A DNA stretch of 64,000 nt from the NCBI GenBank assembly GCA_051306295.1, contig JBPPMZ010000118.1, forward strand, positions 2,076-66,075, written 5' to 3'. The position numbers and the translations under genes were made by a program. Source of the DNA: Candidatus Limnocylindrales bacterium (GTDB lineage Bacteria; Chloroflexota; Limnocylindria; Limnocylindrales; CSP1-4). Numbering within the stretch: position 1 is the stretch's first letter; each line of letters begins with the position of its first letter. Below, piece after piece: positions 11,040-20,346 of this stretch. Below the pieces are notes generated by a model. It had not been told where the DNA came from. It saw nothing but the letters and a program-made list of their open reading frames with translations, and ran no database searches.

Positions 11040-11908
11040 CGCACCGAGAGTCGGCCCTCGCGCCGCGCCATCCGCTCCAGGGTGCGCAGCATCCAGCGCG
11101 AGGCCAGCAGGAAGAACCCGGTCATGGCCACGAGGATCAGGGCCTCGGCCTCCGGGGACGGCGTGCCGATCGGGAACTCGGCGCCGACGAAGGCCAGCTG
11201 GCGCATGGCGTCCAGGCCGACGGCCAGCGGGATGGTCGCCAGCGCCAGGGCACCCAGCAGGCCCAGTCGACCGACCGGGAAGTTGAGCCCACTGACGAAG
11301 TACACGGGCTCGGTCAGGAGCTGGGTCAGGTGGTGCGCCTCACGTCCCCACATCAGGAACAGGCTGGCCAGCATCATGCCCAGGCCGTACAGCGCCGTGA
11401 GCGTCAGCAGGAAGATGGCGATGAGCAGCAGCCACTGGTCGATGGCGAACTGGACCTGGTACACGAGGGTGGCGATAGCCAGCACGATCACGGCCCGCGT
11501 GGAACTCATGACCATCCCGCCGAGGGCCATGCCGAAGAGCACGCTCATGATCGACATCGGGGCCGCGAAGTAGAGCTCCAGGTTGCCCTGGCTCTTCTCC
11601 CAGTAGAGCTGGCTGGCCATCATCCAGATGACGTTCAGCCAGAAGGCCGTCATCGCCCCGCCAAGGACCACAAAGCCGATGTACTCGGCTGGCGCCTCCA
11701 GCGCCCGGTAGACGAAGACGAACGCCGAGGTCGAGAGGAACGGCAGAAGCAGCTCGAAGAACAGCCAAGACTTCTCGCGGAACAGACCGGAGACCCGCGG
11801 ATAGGCCCGACCGCCCACGGCGCGCAGGTTGGTCAGCAGCTCCTGGCGCGGGGTCCAGTCGGCCGATTCCTGCGGACTGGCGGTGTGGCGGTACTCGTAC
11901 AGCGACAC
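11030..11908 (-). CDS. ABC-2 type transporter permease
   Basis: Multi-pass membrane protein that overlaps the next permease by 10 nt. Confidence 0.85.
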   Translation of the reverse strand: MSLYEYRHTASPQESADWTPRQELLTNLRAVGGRAYPRVSGLFREKSWLFFELLLPFLSTSAFVFVYRALEAPAEYIGFVVLGGAMTAFWLNVIWMMASQLYWEKSQGNLELYFAAPMSIMSVLFGMALGGMVMSSTRAVIVLAIATLVYQVQFAIDQWLLLIAIFLLTLTALYGLGMMLASLFLMWGREAHHLTQLLTEPVYFVSGLNFPVGRLGLLGALALATIPLAVGLDAMRQLAFVGAEFPIGTPSPEAEALILVAMTGFFLLASRWMLRTLERMARREGRLSVRWQ

Positions 11909-11911
11909 GGC

Positions 11912-12943
11912 TCAGGCCACCTCGGCGGCGGGCGGCCCCGCGGCGCCGTCATCGAAGCCGCGACCGACGAGCTCGACGAAGACGTCCTCAAGGCTCGGTT
12001 CCGACTTGCGCAGGGCCAGGATGTGCGAACCGATGCCGCCCAGCGCCCCGACCACGCCGCCCAGCGCGCCATCGTCGACGAGCACCAGGTTGACGGCCAC
12101 GGTCTGGCGGTCGACCGGGCCGCCATCGTCCGAGGCGTGGCTGGCCGCGACCACGCCCGGTAGTCGGGCCAGGGTCGCCGGCCCGCCGTCGAGTCGATCG
12201 AGCTCCAGTCGGAAGATCGATTCGCGCTGGACTCGGTGCTTCAGTTCGGCGGGGGTGCCGATGGCCAGGATCCGGCCGTGGTCGACGATGGCGATGCGCT
12301 CGCACAGTTCGTCCGCCTCGGCCATGTAGTGGGTGGTGAGCAGGACCGTGCGACCGGGCACGGCCCGCTTCCAGGCCACCACCAGCTCGCGGACCTGGCG
12401 GGCAGCGGCCACGTCCAGGCCCAGGGTCGGCTCGTCGAGGAACAGGATCCACGGGTCGTTGAGCAGGCCGCGCGCGAAGTTCATCTTCTGGCGCTGCCCG
12501 GTGGACAGGGTGCTGACCCGCTGCTCGCGCTCGTCGCCCATGCCGACGGCATCGATGAGTTCATCGACCCGCCGCCAGCCGTCCTTGCGGGGCAGGCCGT
12601 AGAACTGGCTGAACATCCAGAGCTGCTCACGGACCGTGAGGATCCCGTAGCCCGACTGCTCGCCGCCGGCGACCATGTTCATGATCCGACGGATCTTCTT
12701 CTCGTCACGCGACACGTCGAAGCCGAAGATCCGGGCGGTCCCTTCGGTCGGCAGGAGGAGCGTGGTCAGGATCTTGATGAGGGTGGTCTTGCCCGCGCCG
12801 TTGGGCCCAAGCAGGCCGAAGAACTCACCCGGCGCGACGTCCAGGTCGACGTGGTCCAGGGCGACGACGGGCGTGGGCTTGACGTTGTAGGTACGCCGCA
12901 GGCCGCGCACGTCGATGGCGGCCGGCGCGGGCGGGGTGGACAT
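11912..12943 (-). CDS. ABC transporter ATP-binding protein (DrrA-like)
   Basis: Walker A (GPNGAGKTT), signature (LSTGQRQK) and Walker B (ILFLDEPT). ATG at 12943 (MSTPPAPAAIDVRGL). Confidence 0.93.
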   Translation of the reverse strand: MSTPPAPAAIDVRGLRRTYNVKPTPVVALDHVDLDVAPGEFFGLLGPNGAGKTTLIKILTTLLLPTEGTARIFGFDVSRDEKKIRRIMNMVAGGEQSGYGILTVREQLWMFSQFYGLPRKDGWRRVDELIDAVGMGDEREQRVSTLSTGQRQKMNFARGLLNDPWILFLDEPTLGLDVAAARQVRELVVAWKRAVPGRTVLLTTHYMAEADELCERIAIVDHGRILAIGTPAELKHRVQRESIFRLELDRLDGGPATLARLPGVVAASHASDDGGPVDRQTVAVNLVLVDDGALGGVVGALGGIGSHILALRKSEPSLEDVFVELVGRGFDDGAAGPPAAEVA

Positions 12944-13185
12944 GCGATTCCCCCGGGGCGGTCGGTCAGAAGGACGGCGATGGTAGCACCGGATGGCCGG
13001 CATTCCGTGAGGTCGCACCCGTTGCCCCCGGCCCCAATGCTCCGTTGCATCCGGTGACGCTAACGACCGATCACGGCCCCAGAACGCGCGCCCGGCCGTC
13101 GGGCGTTGCATCGGGTGGCACCAGCGGTCATCTACCGGTCGGTAGCGTCACCCGGTGCAAGATCGCACGCCGGCCGCGCCTCCCC

Positions 13186-14145
13186 TCAGTCGTGCAGGAG
13201 GCGGACGGCCAGCTCCCCGGCGATGCGCGCATCGTTGACGATGAGGGCCGTATTGGCCCGCACGGAGGCACCCTCGGTCAGGGTCGCGATCCGGGCCAGC
13301 AGCCACGGCGTGAGGGCCGGCCCGCCGATGCCGGCCGCCTCGGCGTCGGCGATGGCCCGCTCCACCGCGTCCCGGGCGACGTCGTCGGGGAGTGCCACCT
13401 CCTCGGGCGCGGGCACGCATACGAGGATGCCGCTACCAAGGCCCAGGCCCAGGTGCGCGCCGACGACCGTGGCTGCCTCAGCCAGATCGGCGGCCACGTT
13501 GGGTGACGGGATCCCGGACGAGCGGGCATAGAACCCGGGCAGCATGTCCTCGCCGACCGTGATGACCGGCACGCCCTGGGTCTCGAGGTACTCCAGGGTC
13601 GCCGGCACGTCGAGGATCGCCTTGGGCCCGGCACAGACCACGGCCATCGGGGTCCGGCCCAGTTCCTGGAGGTCCGACGAGATGTCGAACGACGGCCGAC
13701 CGCCACCGAACCCGCCGCCGAGCGCCCCGCGATGCACGCCGCCGATCCCGCCGGTGGCGAACACCCGGATGCCGGCCGCCGCGGCCGCGATCATCGTGGC
13801 CGAGACGGTCGTGGCCGCCCAACCGCCTTCAGCGAGGGCCACGGCGAGAGACGGTCGGGCCGCCTTGCGCACGGACCCGGCCGGCGCGGTGGCGAGCGCC
13901 TCCAACGCGGAAGCCTCCAGCCCGACCAGCAGCGTCCCGTCGTGCACGGCAACGGTGGCGGGCACGGCTCCACTCGCCACCACGGCCGCCTCCGACGCTC
14001 GGGCGACCTCCAGGTTCTGCGGGTATGGCAGGCCATGGCTGATGAGCGTCGACTCGAGGGCGACGACCGGTCGGCCTTCGAACAGCGCCGCGGCGACCTC
14101 GGGCGCGACACGGAGTCGATCCGTCACGGACAGCGGGATGGGCAT
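13186..14145 (-). CDS. psuG: pseudouridine-5'-phosphate glycosidase
   Basis: IndA/PsuG-family sequence (VVALESTLISHGLPYPQN ... FATGGIGGVHRG). Confidence 0.9.
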   Translation of the reverse strand: MPIPLSVTDRLRVAPEVAAALFEGRPVVALESTLISHGLPYPQNLEVARASEAAVVASGAVPATVAVHDGTLLVGLEASALEALATAPAGSVRKAARPSLAVALAEGGWAATTVSATMIAAAAAGIRVFATGGIGGVHRGALGGGFGGGRPSFDISSDLQELGRTPMAVVCAGPKAILDVPATLEYLETQGVPVITVGEDMLPGFYARSSGIPSPNVAADLAEAATVVGAHLGLGLGSGILVCVPAPEEVALPDDVARDAVERAIADAEAAGIGGPALTPWLLARIATLTEGASVRANTALIVNDARIAGELAVRLLHD

Positions 14146-14181
14146 GCCCCAAGCCTACCGCCGCCGCTACGCTGTCGCGCG

Positions 14182-16266
14182 ATGGCCCTCCGTCCCGCCC
14201 GTCCACCGATGCTCCCCGCCGACATCCGCCACCAGGTCGTGGTGGAGGAGCTGGACCTCGCCGCGGACGGGGCGATGGCCGTCGTGGTTCGTCGGATCAT
14301 CCGCGGCGGCCGCTACCTGGGCCACCTGCTGGCGATCCCGCTGGCGGGTGGTCGCGCGATCCCGCGACCGCAAGCGCTGACGGCCGGCGCGGTCCGCGAC
14401 ACTCGACCGCGCCTCTCTCCGGACGGTCTGACCGTGGCCTTCGTCCGTTCGGACCCGCGCGACGACGACGCGCTCGCGGCGCTGTGCCTCGTGTCGATCG
14501 ATGGTGGGACGCCCCGTCGACTTCGACGCGGCGTCCATGGCGGCGTCGGCGAGATCGCGTGGTCGCCCGATGGCACGCGCCTGGCCTTCACCGCCGAGGT
14601 GGATCCGCCGCGGTTCCTCGTCGGGCCGGTCGCGCGGGTCGGGACGACCGCCACGGGCAGCCCGCGCGCCCGCCACATCATGCGAACGGACTGGCGCTGG
14701 GACGAGGAGGGCCATCGCGATCGGTGGTCGCACCTGTTCGTCGTCGATGCCCGCCCTGGGGCGAAGCCGCGCCAGGTGACCAGCGGCGACTGGGGTGTGA
14801 GCGACATCGCGTGGCACCCGGACGGTCGGACCGTGGCGTTCAGCGCGGACCGTGGCCCGGAACCGGACCTCGTGCCGAGAACGACGATCTGGGCCGTCGA
14901 CGTGGATGCGGACGCCACCGGGCCCTCGGCCGAGCCGCGCGAGGTCCTGGCCGCGGGCGGCTGGGCCAACCACCCGGCCTTCTCGCCGGACGGTGGCTGG
15001 GTCGCGGCCATCGGCGTGGCCGAGCCCGAGCCCCTCGACGACGTAAGTCCGACGATCCTCGTCGCCCCCGCCGACGGCTCGAGACCGGCCGAGCCCGTGG
15101 ACGTCCTGCCGGGCCTGGATCGGCCAGTCGGCAACTGGGTGGACAGCGACCTCACCGGCTGGATGGTCTCCGGCCGACACGGACCGTGGTGGGCGGACGA
15201 CCGGACGATCGTGGCGACCATCTCGGACCGTGGGCGCTCGCATCCGTACGCCGCCGTCATCGACGCGTCGTCCGGTTCACCGGTCCGGCGGTCCCGCCTG
15301 GTCGATGGCGACATCGTCACGCACACGATCGCGGTCGGCGGCGGTGTCCTCGCGTACCTCGCCACGGACGGGGTTCGTGCGATGGAGCTCCACACCCTCG
15401 ACCTGGCGGCGGCCGATCCGGCGACCGCAAGCCCGTGGCGCCGGACGCGCGTCGGGTCCGCGTGGCAGGACCGCTTCGCCCCGATCGAGATGCGCCTCGT
15501 CCAGGCGCCTGGGTCCGCCGGCCCCATCGACACCTGGATCGCCTCACCGGCCGGAGCTGGGGAGGCGCTCCTGCCGACGATCGTGGACGTCCACGGCGGG
15601 CCACTGGGGGCCTGGGCGCCCAGCCCGCACGTCGAGGTCATCCTGCTGGCCTCGGCCGGCTACCGTGTCGTGCTGCCCAACATCCGCGGCTCCGCCACCT
15701 ATGGGCGCGACTGGATCCGGCCACAGCTCGGTGACTGGGGCGGCGTCGATGCTGCGGACGTCCACGCCGCGCTCGATCACGTCGTCGCGCTCGGGATCGC
15801 CGATCCGGAGCGGCTCGGGGTCATGGGCCTGAGCTACGGCGGGTTCATGGTCAACTGGCTGGTCGGCACGACGGATCGCTTCCGGGCGGCCGTCAGCGAG
15901 AACGGCGTCACCAACCAGGTGTCCGATTGGGCCAACTCGGACAGCGGCCCGGAATACGACCGCGCGTCGCTGCTCGGCGACCCGTACACGCCGGAAGGCG
16001 TCGCGAAACTGTGGCGCCAGTCGCCGCTCCGCCATGTCGCGAACGTGCGCACGCCGCTGTTGATGCTCCAGGCCGAGGCCGATCTGCGCTGCCCGCCCTA
16101 CGACAACGAGCAGTTCTTCATCGCGTTGCGCCACCTGCGCCGGACCGTGGAGTTCGTGCTCTACCCCGACGAATCGCACGTCTATGCATCGTCCGGCCGA
16201 CCAGACCGCCGCATCGACCGCAACGAGCGCATCCTGGCCTGGTTCGGCCGGTACCTGAAGCGCTAG
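14182..16266 (+). CDS. S9 family serine peptidase (acylaminoacyl-peptidase/prolyl-oligopeptidase-like) with an N-terminal beta-propeller
   Basis: Propeller SPDG repeats, then a catalytic domain with GLSYGG (nucleophile elbow) and a C-terminal DESH region. ATG at 14182. Confidence 0.88.
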   Translation: MALRPARPPMLPADIRHQVVVEELDLAADGAMAVVVRRIIRGGRYLGHLLAIPLAGGRAIPRPQALTAGAVRDTRPRLSPDGLTVAFVRSDPRDDDALAALCLVSIDGGTPRRLRRGVHGGVGEIAWSPDGTRLAFTAEVDPPRFLVGPVARVGTTATGSPRARHIMRTDWRWDEEGHRDRWSHLFVVDARPGAKPRQVTSGDWGVSDIAWHPDGRTVAFSADRGPEPDLVPRTTIWAVDVDADATGPSAEPREVLAAGGWANHPAFSPDGGWVAAIGVAEPEPLDDVSPTILVAPADGSRPAEPVDVLPGLDRPVGNWVDSDLTGWMVSGRHGPWWADDRTIVATISDRGRSHPYAAVIDASSGSPVRRSRLVDGDIVTHTIAVGGGVLAYLATDGVRAMELHTLDLAAADPATASPWRRTRVGSAWQDRFAPIEMRLVQAPGSAGPIDTWIASPAGAGEALLPTIVDVHGGPLGAWAPSPHVEVILLASAGYRVVLPNIRGSATYGRDWIRPQLGDWGGVDAADVHAALDHVVALGIADPERLGVMGLSYGGFMVNWLVGTTDRFRAAVSENGVTNQVSDWANSDSGPEYDRASLLGDPYTPEGVAKLWRQSPLRHVANVRTPLLMLQAEADLRCPPYDNEQFFIALRHLRRTVEFVLYPDESHVYASSGRPDRRIDRNERILAWFGRYLKR

Positions 16267-16762
16267 ACGACCTCAGGTCGGCGTGTGACGGCGGATGAGC
16301 CGAGTCTCGGCCGAGTCCGCGGGGCCATCCGCGCATCATCGATCAACCTGTCGCGCACCAGGCGCCGCAGGTCGTCGGCCATCTGGCGGGCGAAAACTCG
16401 ACGTTTGCCGAAGCGGCCACCCGCGAGCTGGCGCGGGTTGGGGAAGTGCGACCTCGTTCGCAGCCGCGCCCCGCGCAATCGGCAGCCGACCGGCTCCGGG
16501 CCGCTGCCGCAAACCCCAGGCGCCGAGTATCTGGACCCTTGCCGGGAGTGAGATACCGCTGACGCGAGCTTGCCTGAGGTGCCAGCGCGGACCTATAGTC
16601 GTGGCGGCGTCCCCTCGACGCCCAAGCTCCAGTCGGGTCCCTGCGCGACTCGCTCGAGGAGCCAAAGGGGATCGATGTCCTCCGAGTGGACCTGACGGTC
16701 ACGAAACCTGAGGGTCGTTGCCACGGTGCGCAGGGCTGGTGCGACGGCCGGAGGGTAACGCG

Positions 16763-17737
16763 GTGACTGAGCAGAAGCACCTCAAGGCACTCATCCGGGC
16801 ACGGATGGCGCGCACGGGCGAGTCGTACACCACCGCTCGCCGCCACATCGTCAGGCCGCACGTGCGTCCAAGCCTGACGGCGACAGCGGAGTTCCGCGCC
16901 CACGACAAGCACTGCATGACGGCCGTGTTCACACCGGACGACACGAACCTCGTCAGCGGCGGCTTCGGTGGACAGGCCCGCATCTGGACGCTGGACGGGA
17001 ACCCGGCCGGCGAGCTCGTCGGACACGAGGCGGCGATCAGCGTCGTCCGCATCTCCTCGGACGGCTCGACCGCCATCACCGCCTCGTCCGACAAGACCGT
17101 TCGTGTCTGGGATCTTCCCGCGCGGCGTCAGCGCGCGATCCTCGGGACGCACAAGAAGCAGGTCCTGGCGCTCGACCTCGACACCGCGCGGGACCGTGTA
17201 TGGAGCGGTGGCCACGACGGCCGGCTGATCGCGTGGCGCCTCTCCACCGGAGACCTCGAGACGCAGCTCGACCTGGGCGGCAGCGTGTCGTCGGTCGCGG
17301 TGCGTTCCACGGACGGCGTCCTGGCGGCAGCGACCGTTGGCGCGGGGGTCGCCATCCTGAGCGCCGATGGTGACGAGATCGCCCGCCTGGCCGAGGGCAC
17401 TCGAGTCGTCGGCACGGCGTGGGCGGCCGATGGCACGTTCCTCATCGGCTCCTCGCCGGGGATCGCCACGGTCTGGGCCGCCGACGAGTGGGAGGCCGTG
17501 CGCTCGCTGGAGAGCGGACCTGGAAGCATGCTGCCGGTCGCGCTCAGCTCGGACGGCAGTCGCATCGCCTTGGGCTGGGACAACCACGTGGGCCTCTGGA
17601 GCGCCGATGAGTCGCAGCCGGGCATGATGATCAACGGTCTTCCCAAGGGCGTCTACGGGCTGGCGCTCTCCCACGACGGTCGGTGGCTGGCCGGTGCGGC
17701 TGCCGACGGTCGGGTTCGCGTCTGGTCGGTGACCTAG
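16763..17737 (+). CDS. WD40-repeat beta-propeller protein with a short basic N-terminal motif
   Basis: GTG at 16763, 7 nt after GGAGGG. N-terminus TEQKHLKALIRARMARTGESYTTARRHI. About 7 WD-like blades (ARIWTL, VRVWDL, LIAWRL, VRVWSV). Confidence 0.85.
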   Translation: MTEQKHLKALIRARMARTGESYTTARRHIVRPHVRPSLTATAEFRAHDKHCMTAVFTPDDTNLVSGGFGGQARIWTLDGNPAGELVGHEAAISVVRISSDGSTAITASSDKTVRVWDLPARRQRAILGTHKKQVLALDLDTARDRVWSGGHDGRLIAWRLSTGDLETQLDLGGSVSSVAVRSTDGVLAAATVGAGVAILSADGDEIARLAEGTRVVGTAWAADGTFLIGSSPGIATVWAADEWEAVRSLESGPGSMLPVALSSDGSRIALGWDNHVGLWSADESQPGMMINGLPKGVYGLALSHDGRWLAGAAADGRVRVWSVT

Positions 17738-17934
17738 CAACGGGCCCGGCCGGTCGGGTCCGGCGCCGACTGGACTGGCCCTACTGGCCGGGGTGCATGC
17801 GCGCTGTCAGCGGATATCTACTGGAGCCCATAGCCCGCCCGCCTCGCGATCCTCACGGCGTTGTCGGCGTGCGATCACGACGAGAGCGCGCAAAGGGTAT
17901 GAGGCCGAGCCGGCGTCAGCCGGCGCAGGCTTCG

Positions 17935-18363
17935 CTACCCGAGTGGGTTGACCCAGCGCAGGCCGGGGAATCGGCCGAAGTCCCGGTCGGCGGTGCACAG
18001 TTCCGCGCCGTGCTCGATCGCGAGGGCCGCCAGGTGCGCGTCGGTCACCAGGTTCCCGGCGGTGCCGCTGCCGGTCAGCAGGTCGCGGAGGATCGCTGTG
18101 TGCCGGGGCGTGGGTTCGATCACGGTCGAGATCGGTTGGGCGAGCCAGCGCTCGACGTAGTCGATGGCCTCATCCGCCGTCAGCGGCTTCGCCACGACGC
18201 TGGGATTCGTGGTCAGGCGGACGAATCCCAAGAGTACCGTCCAACTGAAGGCGACGGTCTCGCCGCCTGACATGAGGGCATTCCACCAGGCCAGTGCCGC
18301 CGTGTGCCCAGGTGAGGCGCGATCGACGGCATAGATGAGCAGGTTGAGGTCCGGGACCTTCAC
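17935..18363 (-). CDS. vapC: PIN-domain ribonuclease toxin
   Basis: Carries the acidic PIN residues (VPDLNLLIYAVD ... TDAHLAALAIEHGAELCTADRDF). 4-nt overlap with the upstream antitoxin. Confidence 0.92.
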   Translation of the reverse strand: MKVPDLNLLIYAVDRASPGHTAALAWWNALMSGGETVAFSWTVLLGFVRLTTNPSVVAKPLTADEAIDYVERWLAQPISTVIEPTPRHTAILRDLLTGSGTAGNLVTDAHLAALAIEHGAELCTADRDFGRFPGLRWVNPLG

Positions 18364-18620
18364 TTGCGCAGGGCAAGCTTCTGGATCGTCGCCGCATCCT
18401 CGAGGGCCGCCGCCACATCCAGGGCTTTGGTCAGATCGACGCCCGGCTGCAAGCCGAGCGGCCGGACCTTCTCCCGATACGAGCGCGAGCCTCCGGCTCC
18501 CGGCGCAAGACCAGCCCGGATCGCCGCATTGATCGCGGCCTTGTAGGAGATCCGTCGCTGCTGGGCGACTTCTCGGAGGCGCCGGTCGAGATCGGCGTCG
18601 ATCGTGACGGTCGTACGCAT
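18360..18620 (-). CDS. vapB: type II antitoxin (VapB family, N-terminal ribbon-helix-helix-like)
   Basis: MRTTVTIDADLDRRLREVAQ... An alternative GTG start lies at 18626. Confidence 0.85.
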   Translation of the reverse strand: MRTTVTIDADLDRRLREVAQQRRISYKAAINAAIRAGLAPGAGGSRSYREKVRPLGLQPGVDLTKALDVAAALEDAATIQKLALRK

Positions 18621-18660
18621 TGACACATCATAGCAGCGCTCATCATGATGCGTTGATGCA
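18621..18660. promoter_or_regulatory. AT-rich divergent promoter/operator region between the two TA modules
   Basis: tgacacatcatagcagcgctCATCATGATGcgttgATGCAt contains a perfect 10-bp palindrome at 18641-18650 and a 6-bp ATGCAT. It is locally AT-rich in a GC-rich genome. Confidence 0.4.
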
Positions 18661-18918
18661 TATTGCCTCAGCCGCCACGAGGACGATTGCCATCGTCATG
18701 GATCCCAGGCGGCGGGCCCCAGCGACGACATCGCGTTCCTGGATGCGTATGCGTCGGAGCGCGGGCTCGACTCGCGATCGGCCGCCGTGCAGCGCGCGAT
18801 CCGCCTCCTCCGGACGGCTGAACTCGGCAACGCCTATGCCGAGGCCTGGCAGGACTGGGCTGCGTCTGGCGAGGCCGAGGCGTGGGAGCCCACCGTCGGC
18901 GACGGGCGCTCGACATGA
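18656..18918 (+). CDS. ribbon-helix-helix antitoxin (MazE-like), reading frame interrupted
   Basis: The C-terminal 66 codons (SDDIAFLDAYASERGLDSRSAAVQRAIRLL...GRST*) end in an ATGA overlap with mazF but have no in-frame start. An ATG at 18656 (MHIASAATRTIAIVMDPRRRAP) joins them only with a 1-nt correction in the C-run at 18717-18720. Confidence 0.55.
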
Positions 18919-19265
18919 TCCGCCGCGGCGACATCCACATCGTCGACTTGGAACCGTCCCGCGGCTCGGAGGCGGATGAGCGTCGACCGGCCGTGATCGT
19001 GAGCATCGACCCGGCGAACGACACCGCTCGACGACTGGGCCGTGGCGTCATCACGGTCGTCCCGGTGACATCGAACGTCGCACGGGTCTTCCCGTTCCAG
19101 GTCTTCCTGCCCGCCGCATCCACCGGCCTCGATCGCGACTCGAAGGCGCAGGCCGAGCAGATCCTCTCGGTCGACGTCGAGCGCGTCGGGGACCTGGTGG
19201 GCGTCGTCGCCGGTGTGTCGATGCTCGAACTCGAGGAGGCGATCCGCGTCCACCTGGGACTTTGA
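18915..19265 (+). CDS. mazF: MazF/PemK family endoribonuclease toxin
   Basis: MIRRGDIHIVDLEPSRGSEADERRPAVIVS...VVPVTSN... is typical of PemK. Confidence 0.9.
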   Translation: MIRRGDIHIVDLEPSRGSEADERRPAVIVSIDPANDTARRLGRGVITVVPVTSNVARVFPFQVFLPAASTGLDRDSKAQAEQILSVDVERVGDLVGVVAGVSMLELEEAIRVHLGL

Positions 19266-19289
19266 CGCCGTCGCCCCCATCGGGCTCAC

Positions 19290-20249
19290 TCAGCCCAGCG
19301 AGAGCTCCGGGCGCGGCGTCGTCAGTTGTTTCGCCGCCGCTCGATGGCCGGCCAGCGCCGCCCGCTGAAGCGACGCCGGGATCGATCGACCCGCCGATCG
19401 GGCGGCGAACCAGCCGACCAGGAAGCCGGCATCGAACGCGTCGCCGGCCCCGGTCGAATCGGTCGCGGTCACGTGTTGGGTCGCCACCTCGAAGCGCAGA
19501 CGCTCGTCCCCCTCGCGGGCCAGGACCGTGGCGCCCTTCGCGCCGCGCTTGATGACCGCGGTCGGCGCGAGGTCCAGCAGGCCGTCCGCGGCGTTGCGGC
19601 CCAGCAGCGCCTCCGCCTCCGCGGCGGTCGCGAACAGCAGGTCCGGCGCCACCGACTCCAGCAATGCGCGCGCCGCGCGGCGGCCGTTCGCCAACAAGGG
19701 CACGATCGAGGCGATGTCCACGCTGATCATGGCGCCAGCCTCCCGGGCCAGGGTCACGGCGCGCCGCCCGGCCAGTCCCAGGGGCTCGCCCAGGAGCGAG
19801 TACGCCGGAAGGTGGAGGGCGTCGGTGGAGCGGAACCAGGCGGCCCGCAGGTCCCCGGGTGCGAGAGCATCCGCGGCTTCCCGGTCCGCCACGAACGAGC
19901 GCTCGCCACCGGGCGCCACGAGGACTCCGATGCGGCCCGTGCGCGCCGCGGCGACGCGGACGACGCGGGGCATGACGCCGTCCTCGCGTACCGCATCGAT
20001 CAACGCGCGCCCGGCCGCATCCCGCCCGACGGCACAGATCAGCGAGGACCGGGCGCCCAGCCGGGCCACCCAGCGGGCGGTGTTCGCAGCGGAACCGCCC
20101 TGGACCAGCGACACGCGCCCGGGCACGTCCGACCCGGTCTCCATCGGCTGCGCCGGGGCCAGCACTACGTCGAGCATCAGGTCGCCGAGCACCACGATCC
20201 GGGTCCGGGGAGCGGAGCGGCGAGGGCGCGGTCGTCGGAGGGTCGGCAT
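19290..20249 (-). CDS. PfkB-family carbohydrate kinase
   Basis: [10 protein letters not shown]...GGSAANTA at the N-terminus and a C-terminal DSTGAGDAF motif. ATG at 20249. Confidence 0.88.
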   Translation of the reverse strand: MPTLRRPRPRRSAPRTRIVVLGDLMLDVVLAPAQPMETGSDVPGRVSLVQGGSAANTARWVARLGARSSLICAVGRDAAGRALIDAVREDGVMPRVVRVAAARTGRIGVLVAPGGERSFVADREAADALAPGDLRAAWFRSTDALHLPAYSLLGEPLGLAGRRAVTLAREAGAMISVDIASIVPLLANGRRAARALLESVAPDLLFATAAEAEALLGRNAADGLLDLAPTAVIKRGAKGATVLAREGDERLRFEVATQHVTATDSTGAGDAFDAGFLVGWFAARSAGRSIPASLQRAALAGHRAAAKQLTTPRPELSLG

Positions 20250-20346
20250 CGGCAGACCGAGGATAGCGCGACCGGCCTCCCGCGGCGGCCCTCCTACAAT
20301 GGCGGTCCACGCGACGTCCCGCCGACTGCCCGGAGTGACCCGACCG

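Noticed and set aside
16263-16478. 71-aa minus-strand ORF (…FARQMADDLRRLVRDRLIDDA…) in the gap before the WD40 gene
   Set aside because: It has no SD, no recognisable family and mixed codon bias. It may be a gene remnant but cannot be supported as a CDS.
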